DNA of 63,110 bases, counting the filler, from Hyphochytrium catenoides (Eukaryota > Protista > Hyphochytriomycota): the NCBI GenBank assembly GCA_900088475.1. It is 11 parts of 11 records of this genome, joined end to end, with 100 filler letters (N's around TTAATTAATTAA, not from the genome) between each part and the next. Parts side by side here need not be neighbours in the genome. Positions count along the whole stretch, not along the records: positions 9,675 to 15,102 come from FLMG01001158.1; positions 15,203 to 27,949 come from FLMG01000139.1; 9 more parts are not named here. One strand, written 5' to 3'. Shown here piece after piece: positions 11,588-24,400 of the stretch (within the stretch, counting starts at the first letter, position 1; every line of letters begins with the position of its first letter). The notes under the pieces were generated by a model, which was given only the letters and a program-made list of their open reading frames with translations, was not told the origin of the DNA and ran no database searches. Made by a program: the position numbers and the translations under genes.

Positions 11588-14500
11588 AGGCTCCAAAAGG
11601 GAAATAGGTGACTTCCCTGAGGCTGGAAGTTAAGCTCTCAGAAGATAGAGCTGAGAGAGAAGAAAGAATGCGCGAGGAGGCAGAAGAGAGAGAGAAAAGA
11701 AGTGGAAAGAGAGATAGAACCGAACATAGGGCAAAGGAGAGCTTAGGCAGATGGGCTGCGGAGCTCATAACGTACTCGTCTAGAGGTCGTCAGGGCCTTG
11801 CATTAAGGTAAAAAGAGATCAAGAGATCGCAGATCGGTGGGGAGACTTCGGGGGTGCGAAACGCTTAGCATGCTCTCTCTCTTCTAGGAGCTTCCGGCTT
11901 CGCCTCCATCTCTTTGGGGCCGTGAACAGCGCTCTCTACCGCTGATGGCCCCGGGAGGTGAATGTATAGGAAGGATATCTCTCATCGTGTCTCTCTCCTC
12001 TTTAGGGGCACTAGGATCGCATCTCAAACAGGTAGCAGCTGGCTTTTTGACGTCTCTCTCTCTTCCTCTCCTTTATCAGCGTAGTATTGTCTCTTCTTCC
12101 TGTCAGATCCCTGGTCTGGCTTGAAGGCCTTCTGCTTTTCTATTGCTTGCTCAACTCTTGCGGGCATGGAGTCAATCGCTCTTCATTTTCAGTCGGGTTG
12201 GCGTTGGGCTGGTCTCTCTCTCTCTCTTTCTCTCTCTCTCTTTCTCTCTCTTTCTCTTTCTTTCTCTCTCTCTCTCTGATCTTACAAAGCACCCGCTGCA
12301 TGGTACAGCCAAACGGGTCACGGGCTGCTGGAGGCGAAGCACTTCGCTCTCAGGGGTGCGCAGATGTTAATCGTATTCCTCTCACTACTGGCCTCTCTTT
12401 GTCTATAAAGAGTGAGAAGAAAACAAACGAAGAAACGACGATGAGAAGTGTTCCATCGCTCGTGGAAGAGAGCAGAGCCAACTCCGACAGATTGGCCTTG
12501 AGAGAGAGCGAGGAGGAGGTTAGCGGGCAATCCTTAGAGGATAAACTGGAGACTTCAAGACAGTCCAAACAATCGGAGAGAGGGAAGAGAGGGACGAGAA
12601 GTCAGGGAAGGACCACCTTTCAGCGTCTCAACCTCTTCCGGAATATGAAGGCGAATAGCGGAGGACAATCGGAGAGCGAGACAGAGGAACCTAAGAGACA
12701 GACTGTTATCTCCTCCGGCCAATCTATATCGACAGGTCCTGCTAAGAGAAAGGAGAAGGCTATTGAGAAGCAAGGACAAGAAGCAGCCAAAGAGAGAGAA
12801 GGATGGCGCACAGAGTCCAGGTCACGGGAAAAGAACAAGCCCAAGAGTGAGCGACGCCCGATCGCCCCCAAACGACAGCTGCCAGCGAGTAAGCCGAGGC
12901 CATCACCCCATCCAAGCCCTGTCCCTGCTCCGGCTCAGCCTCCGAAGATACATAGCCATAGAACAGAAGAGAGAAGTCCTAAGAAAGACCAGATGCGTGA
13001 GAGAGAAACGATGAAGAGAGAAGAGAAGAGGTTGGCCTTCACTGATATATCGCAGCTACTAAGAGAGGAAATGGAGGAGCTGCATCATCCCCCGCCTCTG
13101 TTCTTCACAGCGGCTGCCAGGCAACCAAGCACTGGGAAAGGTACGAGGACCTCTCTCTCAGCTGACCGCCACACTCAGACGTCTCACTCTTCCTTTCTTT
13201 TTCTACGATGGTCGTCCTTCTCGGGATCTGGCTCCGACTCGTGCCAGCAGACGGAACTCCTGACAGGTAGTGAATATGAGGAATTTTCATTGCTTTCCTT
13301 ACATGTGCGCGGTGCTCAAGGCCTCTCTCCGTGTACGACAGGCTCTCTTCATTTCTCTCTCTCTTTTTGTCACCTCCTCCCTTCCTCTCTCTCTCTCTTA
13401 TCTTCATCCATCCTTCACATCTATCTGCAATTAAAGCTGTAAGAGGGAATGTGACTTTCTTAATGGCAGCGTATCAGACAAGAGGATCGAGCTTCATGAT
13501 CTGATAGAGGAAAGGGATGCTGAAGAAGTGAAGAGCTTGNNNNNNNNNNNNNNNNNNNNNNNNNNNNNNNNNNNNNNNNNNNNNNNNNCCTTTATACGTT
13601 GTCCTCTCCCAACCAATGCCCCTCCACTGCCCTTGGTTACCTCTTCTCTGTTGACGTCTTGTGGGTTGGCGTTCCCTTTATTTATCTCTCTTACGACATC
13701 ATCCTCCACTGAAGCCTGAAGCACGGCGCCCCAACAGTACCGCGAGCTATAGGAAGTCGACCATCCTCGAGGACAGAGGCGATAGAGGCAGAGACTTCCC
13801 TACATAGGTCAGAAAGAAATATGTAGAGGAGCCGCTGAGATAGCGGAGAGAAGAGAGAAACTGCCAAGAATTGAGGGCTTTCATTCTGGCTCAGAAGAGA
13901 GATATTGAGGCTTATTAGCTGTTGAACCATTGCTCTTTCTCTAACACTCACTCTCTCCGCCGCCAGCCTCCTAAGCCAAATCCTTGCAGAGCTCTCCACT
14001 ATCAAAGACAGAGATGCACCAGAGAGAGAAGAGGAGGCAGACCGTCAAAGAACGTAAGGGCTTCTCGTGTTGGCTGCTGCACACCTGTGTATACTATTTC
14101 TTAAAAAAAACTCACTCTCTCTTTATGTCAGACAAGAACGCGTGCAGACACCTTTGCAGCCATATACAAAGAAGGCAGAGAGATTGAGGGAAGTGGGCGA
14201 GGGACGGAGTGAGGTCTCTTGTCCACGAGAGACATCAGAATTCATAGAACCAGGAACCCTATTCAGTAGAGCTATGACGTGGAAAGAGAGACTCTCCCTT
14301 GCACGGAAGCAGGTGATTCTATAAGATAATACCCTTAGCTACTCTCTAATGAGGTCCTGATCTCTCTCAAACATGTGGGCTGTGCGTTGCGCTGGTCTCA
14401 CTCAATGCACCGCCCTCTCTCTGTCTCTCTCTGTCTGACTTTAGGTTTGACCCTTATGCCTGCCTCTTACGTCTCTATCTCTCTTATCTCGATCTTTCTC

Positions 14501-15014
14501 ATTGGCTTTCTTCGCCAATGCTCCTCTAAATACTCTTAACATCTCTCTCCTTTACCTCCGGTTGAACGTCTAAAGTCTTTCTCCTTCCGCCCCCGTCTCA
14601 GATCCTCCGCAACATGGAGAATTTGGACTCAAACCCTCTCGGACAGTATTCGGACAGGAGCCCTCCTCCTCTATCTTTTGGCGGCCAGAGCACCATGGTC
14701 TCCCATCAGGACGAGGCAGAAGACTATGCATCCCATGACGGCGGCCCTTCTACTTTCAGGGTGGACACGGAAGAGGAGACAGAGAGAATGCTGCAGGAAA
14801 GAGCTCCTTCGGTTCCCTGTTTCGAAGAACAGGAGGATAGCCCAGGTGCGGTCTCCTTGTTAATGGCTCCAGCCCATGGAGGTTTTGAAGGGATGGGGAG
14901 AGAGGCAGCCACACTAATGATGTCTATGTTCTCTCTTCCTATCTAGTCTCCATTGAACTTGTCCGCCAATCGCTCCGACTGCTTCCCCGAAAGAAGCCTT
15001 TCCGCAGACAATAA
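9841..15014 (+). CDS. MAP10 (KIAA1383)-like microtubule-associated protein, multi-exon, 5' partial
   Basis: Exons encode FKLEVFIE, FVFQFLDFPPLQI, RGKSCIFEY...LHHTL..PLAMML and LLSQILAELS. These match recalled MAP10 motifs (FRLLDFPTL, GRGKSCLF, LLNALLVELS), followed by a long disordered S/E/R/P region. Internal exon boundaries and the 3' end are approximate. Confidence 0.65.
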
Positions 15015-15483
15015 CAGTTGAGACATTCAAGACCAGTCAGAGCAAAGTGTGCTCTCTCTCTCTCTCTCGGCTATCCCATTTCTTCCTCAAGAGCTATCGT
15101 AANNNNNNNNNNNNNNNNNNNNNNNNNNNNNNNNNNNNNNNNNNNNTTAATTAATTAANNNNNNNNNNNNNNNNNNNNNNNNNNNNNNNNNNNNNNNNNN
15201 NNACCCGCCGAACTCCTCCCCCTAAGCGAAAAACTAGACAGGAGCTGGATGTGATAAGGAAAAACGCGAGAAACGGCACACGAGAAGCTCGGAAGATGAG
15301 AAAAGAGAGACGAAGAGAAAAATAAAGAGAGAGATCGAGAAAAAGCAAGAGAGAGACAGAGAGAGACAGACACAGAGAGAAAGTAAAGGAGAAAGACAGA
15401 GAGAAAAAAAAGAGGGAGAATCAACATCAGCATTGCAGCGGGAAAAAGAGACACTGTCTGTCTCTGTCTCTTCCTCTCCTCAC

Positions 15484-15975
15484 ATTTGGATCTTCATTCG
15501 CTTCTTTCAGCTTCTCTTCCAAGTCATCCTTCTCCACCTGCCGCAGCTCGTATCGGATCCCTACCATCCATGGAAGAGAACGAAGGAGAAACACCAGGGA
15601 GGAGAGGGACAGCAAGATGCGAAGGGAAGGGAGAAGCAGAGAGAGGGTGGGATGAGAGAGAAAAGGAAGGAATGATAGAGAGAGGGGAGAGACCAAAGGA
15701 GAGAAGATGAAAGAGAGAGCGGAGAGACAGAAAAGGGAGAGAGGAAAGAGATTGCAGTTTGACACGGAAACCGTCATAATATATAGATTGAGCGAATCGA
15801 GACAGAGAAGAAGGCAGGAAGAGAAGGAGAGAGAACGAGGGAGAGAGACTAAGCGAAAGAGCCTTCTTCTAATTATGAACGGACCGTCATTTTGGCATGC
15901 TCTCCCAGTCCAATCAGCGTACTTCTTCGCTGCAGGATCCGTGTTGGCAAGGAAGCCAACCTGTATGTGCGTGGA

Positions 15976-16012
<37 letters not shown>

Positions 16013-16793
16013 CGAAAGAGGACAGAGAATTGAGGACAGAATGGGAGGAAAGACAGTGCGACGAGAAGAACCTAATCCTGAGAAGTGAGAGCGTAGCAAT
16101 TCACGGGTGCCAAGGCGGGAGTGTGCGCGATGGAGCAGACTGCGCGCGCTAACAGAGAGAGAGAGAGAGAAGAAAAAAGAAAGAGAAAAGAGAGGGAAAG
16201 AGAAAGCGCGGGAGAGAAAGAGAGACGGAGAGAGAAGAGAAGGTATGGCATCTCTGGTGAGAGGTCAATGTCTCGAGGGCTTCCTCACCAGCTTGGGGCC
16301 GTGGCCGTTCAGTTTCTGTGCGATATAGCTGCGGATCTCCTCGCGGAATGGCGCAGCCACCTCCGCGGCATCGATGAGCTTCCCTTCAGCTGCGTAGAGG
16401 GAGGGAGAGTCACCACAGAGAGAGTTTGAGTGAGAGAGACAGAGAGAGAGAGAGGAAAGGGCCCGGGGGTGGGGAAGGGGAGAAAGAGAGGAGAGAGAGG
16501 GAGAGGACGAAAGGAGGAGGCCACGGCCGCGGGACAGTGGAGATAACGCGGGGGAAAGGGAGGCCGGGAGGAGGTTAGAAAACCGGAGAGAGGGCTAGAC
16601 TAGACTAAGACAGAAGTCAAAGGTGGAAGGAAGATCAAGAAAGAGCTCTGAAGCGCGGGGGAGAACACAGGGTAATGAAGACTGATGAGAGAGAGAGATA
16701 TAAGAGAACGTGTGCGCGTTGCGAATATGCATTCCAGAGAGAGAAGGGGACAAGGGAGAGAACGAGAAGCAGCTCTTAACCTTTGCTTTCCAT
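15484..16793 (-). CDS. MTD1: NAD-dependent methylenetetrahydrofolate dehydrogenase (MTD1 type), 5' portion
   Basis: Phase-consistent exons 16793-16781, 16389-16289, 15960-15885, 15560-15484 give MESKAEGKLIDAAEVAAPFREEIR...GPKLVGFLANTDPAAKKYADWTGRAC..GIRYELRQVEKDDLEEKLKEANEDPN. This matches the yeast Mtd1 GFLANNDPAAKMYATWT signature. Truncated at the scaffold edge. Confidence 0.92.
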
Positions 16794-16991
16794 AGTGACC
16801 TCGTCTGCCTGGATCTCCTGCTTTAATGACGCTTCGCACTGCCTCTGCCGTGGGCTCAAGATTTCCTGATGAGACGGAGCGCGAGGACTCCAGCACCGCT
16901 TCGGGCACTAGTGCTTGATCGCATCGCCTACCAACATTCTCTAGTTCGCCCTCTCTCTCTCACACACTCTCTCTCTCTTTCTCCATCTCCG

Positions 16992-17051
<60 letters not shown>

Positions 17052-17298
17052 AGAAAATTGAGTGCGGGACAGGTTCAGAAAGCACCACCAGTGGTGATCT
17101 GTAATAATACGGTCAGAACCTGCTCGGTAGCCCGCTTACGTAGACCTGCAATGGTCAGTAGTAATATAGCGTTCATTCTAGATATGTGATGTATTGAAAA
17201 GGTATTCATCGGAATAATCTCACTCGAATTCTCGATCCGCTTCGTCACGAAAGGTCACGGTCGAAAAGTGCCAAGATCTCTCTGTAAATGAGAGAGAG

Positions 17299-17337
<39 letters not shown>

Positions 17338-17386
17338 CAGAGAGAGAGAGAGAGAGAGAGAANNNNNNNNNNNNNNNNNNNNNNNN

Positions 17387-17424
<38 letters not shown>

Positions 17425-17826
17425 ACCTCGCAGCTTCCTACAACGCTATTGGAGGAATTCCAGAGGTCCCCTATAATAAAGCATGGGATAGAGGAAAGAG
17501 TTAGACCTGTCCAAGGAAGAGAGAGAAGGAGAGATTTCCACCGCCTCTCGACCCATACCAGATCTTTGAAAGCTTTCTCTATCTCTCTTCTTTGTCCTAG
17601 AGGTATACTTCTGCTTATGATAAAATATAGATGTTCAAGTGCAAATGGCCCCCGTCAAATTCTCCTCTGGTGCTCTCTCTCCTTTGTCTCTCTCTCTCAT
17701 TATTCTCTCTCCTNNNNNNNNNNNNNNNNNNNNNNNNNNNNNNNNNNNNNNNNNNNNNNNNNNNNNNNNNNNNCCTCTCTCTTTCTCTCTCTCTCTCTCT
17801 CTTCTATGTGTTCATGGCTTTACCTC

Positions 17827-18300
17827 TTACATCCGCGATGGGCCAGGCACAACTGTCGCGGAGATGATCCGAGGAGAATTGCGAGAAGAGACGACGACTG
17901 GCGGTTGATAAGCCACGACCGGCTGCGCCGTGACGACCACTTCTTCATAGTAATAAGGCTGGAGAGGACCCTTGTACCGGCGGTAGAGGCAGCAAGAGAG
18001 ACAGCAGGCAAGAGAGAGAGAGACAAGGAGGACAGGGACCAGCCAGTACCAGAGCGCGGCACTGGAGGAAGAAGAGCAGTAGCACCGTGGAGCGTCTATG
18101 CTGGTGGCTAAGCAGGAGAAAGTCATCGAATAGCCAGGAGTACACTCTTCGTCCAAGAGTTCTCTACATTTTGTGAGTTGTTGGCGGCAGTAGAAGGAGC
18201 TATCGCTTCTGATGGAGTCCAGGCCCAACGCTGCTGACGGGAGAAGGAGAAGAAGCGGCAGAAGAAAGAAGAAGAGAGAGACGCCTTTTCTCTCTCTCAT
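17827..18300 (-). CDS. Small single-pass membrane protein with Shisa/WBP1/VOPP1-like architecture
   Basis: 157 aa intronless ORF: signal peptide, 6-Cys ectodomain, TM helix ending CCLSCC, basic RRYK stop-transfer, and a P/Y/V-rich tail. Confidence 0.75.
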   Translation of the reverse strand: MRERKGVSLFFFLLPLLLLLPSAALGLDSIRSDSSFYCRQQLTKCRELLDEECTPGYSMTFSCLATSIDAPRCYCSSSSSAALWYWLVPVLLVSLSLACCLSCCLYRRYKGPLQPYYYEEVVVTAQPVVAYQPPVVVSSRNSPRIISATVVPGPSRM

Positions 18301-18989
18301 TTCTGCCTCAGTAGGAATCCTGCTAGCGCTGTATTGAGAAGGGTCCTAGATGTCTTGGTAGGGCAGTGAGATAAAGAGAAGAGAAGGTTGAGAAAGAGCT
18401 CTACTCAGCTAAGCAGAAACCAAGTTGTCCGCTTCTGATCGCACGGGCAGATTCTCCTAGTTCGCTTCTCTCTCTCTCTTTTCCTGGTTCTCTCTCTTCT
18501 ACTGGCGGCTTCTCTCTAGTTTCCTAGGAGTTAGGGCGGTTGGCGCTTCGCTGCTCTGAAAGACGTTGTTGGCTCCGAAGGAGAATGAGTCTTCTCTATC
18601 GTGTCTCTCGCCTCTCACGCACGTTTCCTCCCTCATGTTTCGCTCTGTCTCTGTCTGCAGCTCTCTCTCTCTTTCTCCGTGTGTGTGTGTCTCTCTCTGT
18701 CTCTCTCTTTTGTCTCTTTCTTTCTCTTTCTCTCTCTTCTCTCTCTCTCTCTCTCTCTCTTGCTTTAGTTCCCTTTGACTCTTGGTTCCTCCTCCACAAT
18801 CTTGACCCTTCGAAATGTTTCATTTCAGCTATTAATCTTTCCCTGTTACGTGTAGCTCTAAACAGTTTCTTGTGAGAAACGTTCCTCTGTATCTTTCAGC
18901 TGTGGAAAATTGACAGACTTAGAAACAAACGCGGAGAGAGAAAGAGAAAGTGACAGACAGACAGAGAGAGAGAGAGAGAGACAGGGAGC

Positions 18990-19020
<31 letters not shown>

Positions 19021-19356
19021 CAACACACCAGAGCAGAGTTTGTTCTCTCTTTCTTCCCATTGACGCATCGCTTTCATCTTACGGACGGATGGTCTCTCCA
19101 TCATTGAGCTCGGCCTCAGCGACCGGCCCAGCCCAGGCTAGGAGACCAACACTTCTTCTTCTCGGCTCAGCAGTCTTTCCATCTTCTACTCCTCTCAGAT
19201 TGAGATAGAGAGACAGATAGTGGCAAGATGCTAGGAAGCGGAGAGAGGAGGGAATAGAGGAGAAGGTTAGGCTCGCTTACCTAGCTTGAGAAGAGAAAGA
19301 GAGAGATAGTCTTATAGACGTGACAATGTAGCTCATGCTGACAGTTTTACGCTAGA

Positions 19357-19790
19357 CTACCGAGAGCGAGGGCACGGAGTTGGAAGACAGAGAGAGAGAG
19401 ATGGAGAGAGTGAGAAAAGAGAGGATGTGGAGGCAAGATCATCGGCAAGAAAAAGTAGTAATGATGAGGGCCACACACACGGTGGGAAGGGTAGGGAAAG
19501 AAGAGAACACGAGCCTGGGAGGAAAGAAAGGGTCAAGAAAGACGCCTGCTGCAGGAACAGTAAGAAGAGAGAGAGAAGACTAAAGAGAGAGCAGCTCGGG
19601 AGGGCGCGGCGGCGCAAGAAAGAACAGAGTGGGAGCGAGAGGGAACAAGCTTGGTTCTGCTGGCCGAGCGCAACGATGTCCGCTGGGTCTCTTTCAATGT
19701 GAAAGAGACAGAGAGTTTCTTAGACAGTCGTGTCCATCTCACAGCTTGTTCTCTCTTCTGTACTACACGTTCTCCTCTCTCTCTCTGTCT
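19357..19790. repeat. ~430-bp direct repeat, copy 1
   Basis: Highly similar to 20864-21290 (ctaccgagagcgag...atgatgagggccacacacacggtggg...gtttcttagacagtcgtgtccatctcacagc). Its last ~170 bp is also tandemly duplicated at ~19856-20040. Confidence 0.9.
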
Positions 19791-20441
19791 TCTCTCTCCC
19801 CTTTCTTTCTCTATTTTTCTCTCTCCGTTGCCTTTCCTCAGTGGGCCTATAACCTGAAAGAGACAGAGAGTTTCTTAGACAGCCGTGTCCATCACAAACT
19901 CACACCATTTTTTCTCTTCTGTACTACACCTTCTCTCTCTCTCTCTCTCTCTCTGTCTGTCTCTCTCTCTCTCTCTCTCCCTTTCTTTCTCTCTTTTTCT
20001 CTCTCCGTTGCGTTCCTTCAGTGGGCCCATAGCCTGGAAGAACAGTAAGGTTCTTACAAAGCGAGTGCACAGCGTAAGCGAAGGTTCTTGCTAGTAAGAG
20101 GCGGTCATTGAAGAAAGTAGTGGAGTGAGCAGTGAAGGATAAAAGCGACCTCACTGTCCCTGTTCCTAAAGCTAAGAGTCCTACCCATGGCACCTACTTC
20201 ATAGAGAGTTATTAGGAGTAAGAAGAATATGATAGAAGCAAGAAGATGAAGAAGGAGAAGAGAAGAACGACGAATGTGGTCAACTCTGTCCAGGTTTACT
20301 GGCCTAGAGTGCTTCTGAGGCACGTGTAAGTGCCAGTGTTGGTCATACGATAAGGCTTTGTGGCATAAATAATGTGAGTTCTATACTGGCTGCCAGTCAA
20401 TGCAACGTTAAGCCTCTAAGCTGTAAGGAGTCTCTGATGAA

Positions 20442-20863
20442 GTGGAGGCGGAAGTGTGCCTAGAAGCACTTGGTTTTCTCGTGTACCTGATGGTGGCTAC
20501 CCGTCCTGACCTGGCCTTCGTCATCGGCATGCTCTCACGACATAGCTGCAGCTATGGACAGGATCACTGGGCACCACTTGAAGAGGGTATTGCGGTACAT
20601 CAAAGGAACCGAGGACGACGAGCTTCGTCTAGGAGGACATTTTGATCTAAAGCCGCTAACCTTAGAAGCATATGCAGATGCCGATTGGGCTAACTGTACC
20701 GCCACTCGACGATCCATCTCGGGTTATTTGTATGTGTTCTCTGGGGCTTGGTGGAGCTGTTCCGTGGCGCTCAAAGGAGCAGTCTCTCGTGACTCTCTCC
20801 TCCACAGATGCGGAGTGTGTGGCCCTTACAGCAGCCATTCAACAAGTGTTAATACTCCGTCGC
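20442..20863 (+). mobile_element. Degenerate Ty1/Copia RT-RNase H fragment
   Basis: YLMVATRPDLAF, LKRVLRYIKGT, AYADADWA...RRSISGY and WRSKEQSLVTLSSTDAECVA, spread over frameshifted frames. Confidence 0.92.
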
Positions 20864-21290
20864 ACTACCGAGAGCGAGCGCACAGGGTTGGACGGAGAGA
20901 CAGAGACGGAGAGAGAGAGAGAGAGAGAGAAGAAGGGACGCGAAGGCAAGATCAGCGGCAAGAAAAAGCAGTAATGATGAGGGCCACACACACGGTGGGA
21001 AGGTTAGGGAAAGAAGAGAAGACGAGCCTGGGGAGAAAAAAAGGATCAAGAAAGACGCCTGCTGCAGGAACACTAAGAGAGAGAAGTCTAAAGAGAGAGC
21101 GGCTCGGGAGGGCGCAAGGAAAGAAGAGAGTGGAGCGAGAGAGAACACAAATTGGTTCTGCTGGCCGAGCGCAACGGTGGCTGGGTCTCTTTCAATGTGA
21201 AAGAGACAGAGAGTTTCTTAGACAGTCGTGTCCATCTCACAGCTTGTTCTCTCTTCTGTACTACACCTTCTCTCTCTCTTCTCTCTCTCT
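20864..21290. repeat. ~430-bp direct repeat, copy 2
   Basis: Matches 19357-19790 and abuts the truncated RNase H fragment directly. Confidence 0.9.
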
Positions 21291-21497
21291 CTCCCTAGCT
21301 CTCTCTCTCTCTCCCTTTCCTTCTCACTTTCTCTCTCTTTGCCTTTCTTCCGTAAACCTGTCCTATATCGCTTCGCTTTTAAGCGTCGCGCTTCAGAGAG
21401 ATGCACCGGGTCCTCGATGAGCCCTCAGTACCCCAGGAAAGAGCGGCAGATGAGAGACAAATAAGGCGAGAGAGAGAGAGACACGTTTAGAAAACAG

Positions 21498-24400
21498 CTA
21501 TCGTTCTCCCAGCTGGGCCATCTCTCTCTCCAGGGACCGCAGGACTCTTTCGCATTCTGGAAACTCTTCCAGAAGTTGCACTAGAAACTCTCTCCTGTCC
21601 TCAGGAACTGAGGTGCCCCTGCTCTCTGGATATAAAAGAAACTCTATCGCGACCAACTGAAAGGCAAACGTAGGGTAAGAGAGAGAAGAGGAGAGAAAAG
21701 AGAGAGAGGGAGAAAGAAGGAGGAGGGAAAGAGAGAGAGAAGCGAGGGAGCACCTACGCAAATGCAAAAGGTTGCAGAAAAGAGAGCAATCGTAAGGGAA
21801 GAGGAGAGAAAGAGAGAGAGAAAAAGCACTTGCGATTGAAAGATAATGAGGTGCTAATTGAAGAAAGAAACGAAGTGCAAGAACAGAGAGTGAAGAGAGA
21901 GAGAAAAGCGGGGAGATGGTTGCCGGAGACAGAAGAGAGTGTGGTGGAAAACGGTGTCTTACCGTTGGCGCTTTCATGATGGTTTCTCTCGCGATCTCTC
22001 TCCTTCTCCAGCTCCCTCGGTTCTCCTCCTGGGGCGCAAAAGGTCGACCTCGGCGCAGCCTGAAGCAGAAGCTGGCGAGGTGATGCAGACAGACAGAGCG
22101 ACAGCTAGCGCCGCGGTCTAGCAGCTGCGGGCCTCGAGTGAGCGCTGGGGACAGAGTTCAACAGAGAGAGAAGAGAGAGAGAGTGAGAGAGAGAAAGAGA
22201 GAGAGAGTGAGAGAGAGAGCGAGAGAGAGAGGCGACGATAAGCTCCGGAAGGAAAGGAACACTATTAAGACCACAGAGCAAAAGATAGCATGACCGTTGG
22301 GAAATGGAAAGATAGAGAAACAGGTGGCGCGTAAGTGAGAAAGAGGAAGACGAAACAGAGAAGAGAGGTTGGGGTTAAAGGGATGGGTAAAGAGAGAAGA
22401 AAGAACACACTGATTATTGGGATTGTGTCGACCTGGTAAAGAGAAAGGGAACAAAGAGGAAAAGCTTGAGGAGAGAGAGAGAGAAAGACACACATGAGGA
22501 GGAGAAGTAACCATAAAGAGAGAGAGAAGGAACGCGGCAGTTTCCTTGTGGAACATTTCTACCTCTAACATACTGCTCGAGAAGCTCCTCATCTTTATCT
22601 TCAGGATAAAGAAAACTTTCCTCTTCTGCTTGAGAAAAGGGAAGACGGAGAGGGAACAGAAGGTGCGCGCCGTGTGACTCATTCACCTTTCGCCAGACGG
22701 CGCGCCGGACCGGGAGAGCGACACAGGTCCGCACGAGACTAGTAACACATCTGCTCCAATAGAGAGCAAGAGGCGAGAGAAAGAGAGAGAGAGAGAGAAA
22801 GAGATGGTTGAGTGAAAGTAAAGACAGAGGGAATCGACAAATAAGAGATAGAGGAGTAAAGATCTAGAGAAGAGACAGAGAGAATGAAAGGCCGGTCTGG
22901 TCCGGCAGAGGGGAGAGGAGGGAGGTCCAGAAGACTGAGGTCAGAGAGAGAGAGAGAGAGAGGAGCAAATCAGGAGAAGGAGCCAAGAACGATCTTCGGT
23001 GATTGCACCGTCTCCCTTAGCGGCAACAGAGTCTATATACAGAGGGAGGAGAGAGCGTAAGAGAGAAAGCAAGAGAAAGAAACGAGAAGAAAAAGAGAGA
23101 GAGAGAGAGCGAGAAAGATGGAGGAGATACATACCTCCCGAACACTGTGTTACCATAGGAGGCCGATAGAAAGGTCTCCACCAAAAGATTGACGAACTCC
23201 TCAATGTCTCCCTTCCTTCTTCCTTCCTTTTCTCTCCCTTCAGGCCTAAAATACTGAAGAGAGGCGTCGAACAGCTTCTTTCCTCTCCCTTCTCTTCTCT
23301 CTTCTTCAACCTTTCTCTCCTCGCCTTCCGCTCGGGAAGAAAACACTGAAGAGGTCCAACGCTGGAGGAGAGAGAGGACCAATTCTCCGTCTTCCCCTAG
23401 CAGGATGTCCTCAGAGAGACAGAGATGGAAGAGATGCAGGAGCTTGACGTCCTCAGGAATCAGATCTGTGAAGTCTCGCATTGAAGAGGAAGACAGAGTA
23501 GTAGAGAGAGAAGATGAGGCCTGAGGGGTCAGAATCGTCGAGGGAGGCGGGAGAGGAGAGACAGGCTGTGTCTCTCTCTCTAGAAAGCGTAGAACTGTCC
23601 TTTGAATCTTCAACTTCTCTTCCTTGCTCTCAACTTCTATGCCTGATAGCGGGAGAAGGATCCAGTCGATCCCAATGGGAAGGAGAGAGCTCTGTCTCTT
23701 TCCTCTCTCCTCGGGAAGGAGGAGGCAGTTCTTCCTCTGTATGCAGTGACGTTGCAGTCTATGTATGGAGTGGGAGAGTACCTGGTCATCTTCAAACAGG
23801 AGAGACTCATAGACGGAGGTCAAGAGAGAACGAGAGAGTGCCGTCTCCGCGTCTTTCTTCTCCGCGTCGTGCCTCTTGGGCCCTTTGAAGAAAGAGTGAA
23901 GCGTATCAAGGGCGAGAAGCTCGTCTCCAGGAAGAAAATGAGCAAGAAGAGTATAAGCAACAGCTCTTTCCTTTCTCTGCCAGGCTTCCAGAGAGGAGAA
24001 AGAGAGAGACGGGGGCAGAGTTCTAGCAAAGACGGCCCTCACGAGGTGAAGGAGATGCAGATAAAAGTGCAGGCCAAGGCCTTTTAGACGGAGAGAGAGA
24101 GGATCCTCTCTCTGGAACGAAGACGATGAAGGAGCAGAACGAGACAGAGCGGTGAAAAGACCGTCAAATAAGGCATTCGCAGATTGCAAGATAGGCTCCG
24201 CAAGCTGTTTCCTGAGGGATGACTCTTCTTCGTCTTCCATCAGAAAGAGAGAGAGAGAGAGCCTGCAGGTGGCTAAGAGGACATCCAAGAGAACTGCGGT
24301 ACGCTGCGCTCTTTGGATCCCTTTCCTGCAGGGAGTGCGGGAGAAGGAAGTTGAATTAAGAGAGAAGAAAGAGAGAGAAGTTGCGCAGGAAGAACTGACG

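Noticed and set aside
17443-17454. ACGCTATTGGAG, complementary to a conserved 18S rRNA segment
   Set aside because: Only 12 nt, with no properly placed C/D boxes; compatible with chance.
21963-22145. Apparent frameshift or TAG readthrough in an RPAP1 exon
   Set aside because: Careful re-reading gives a continuous frame (ALTRGPQLLDRGASCRSVCLHHLASF). There is no evidence of a non-standard genetic code.
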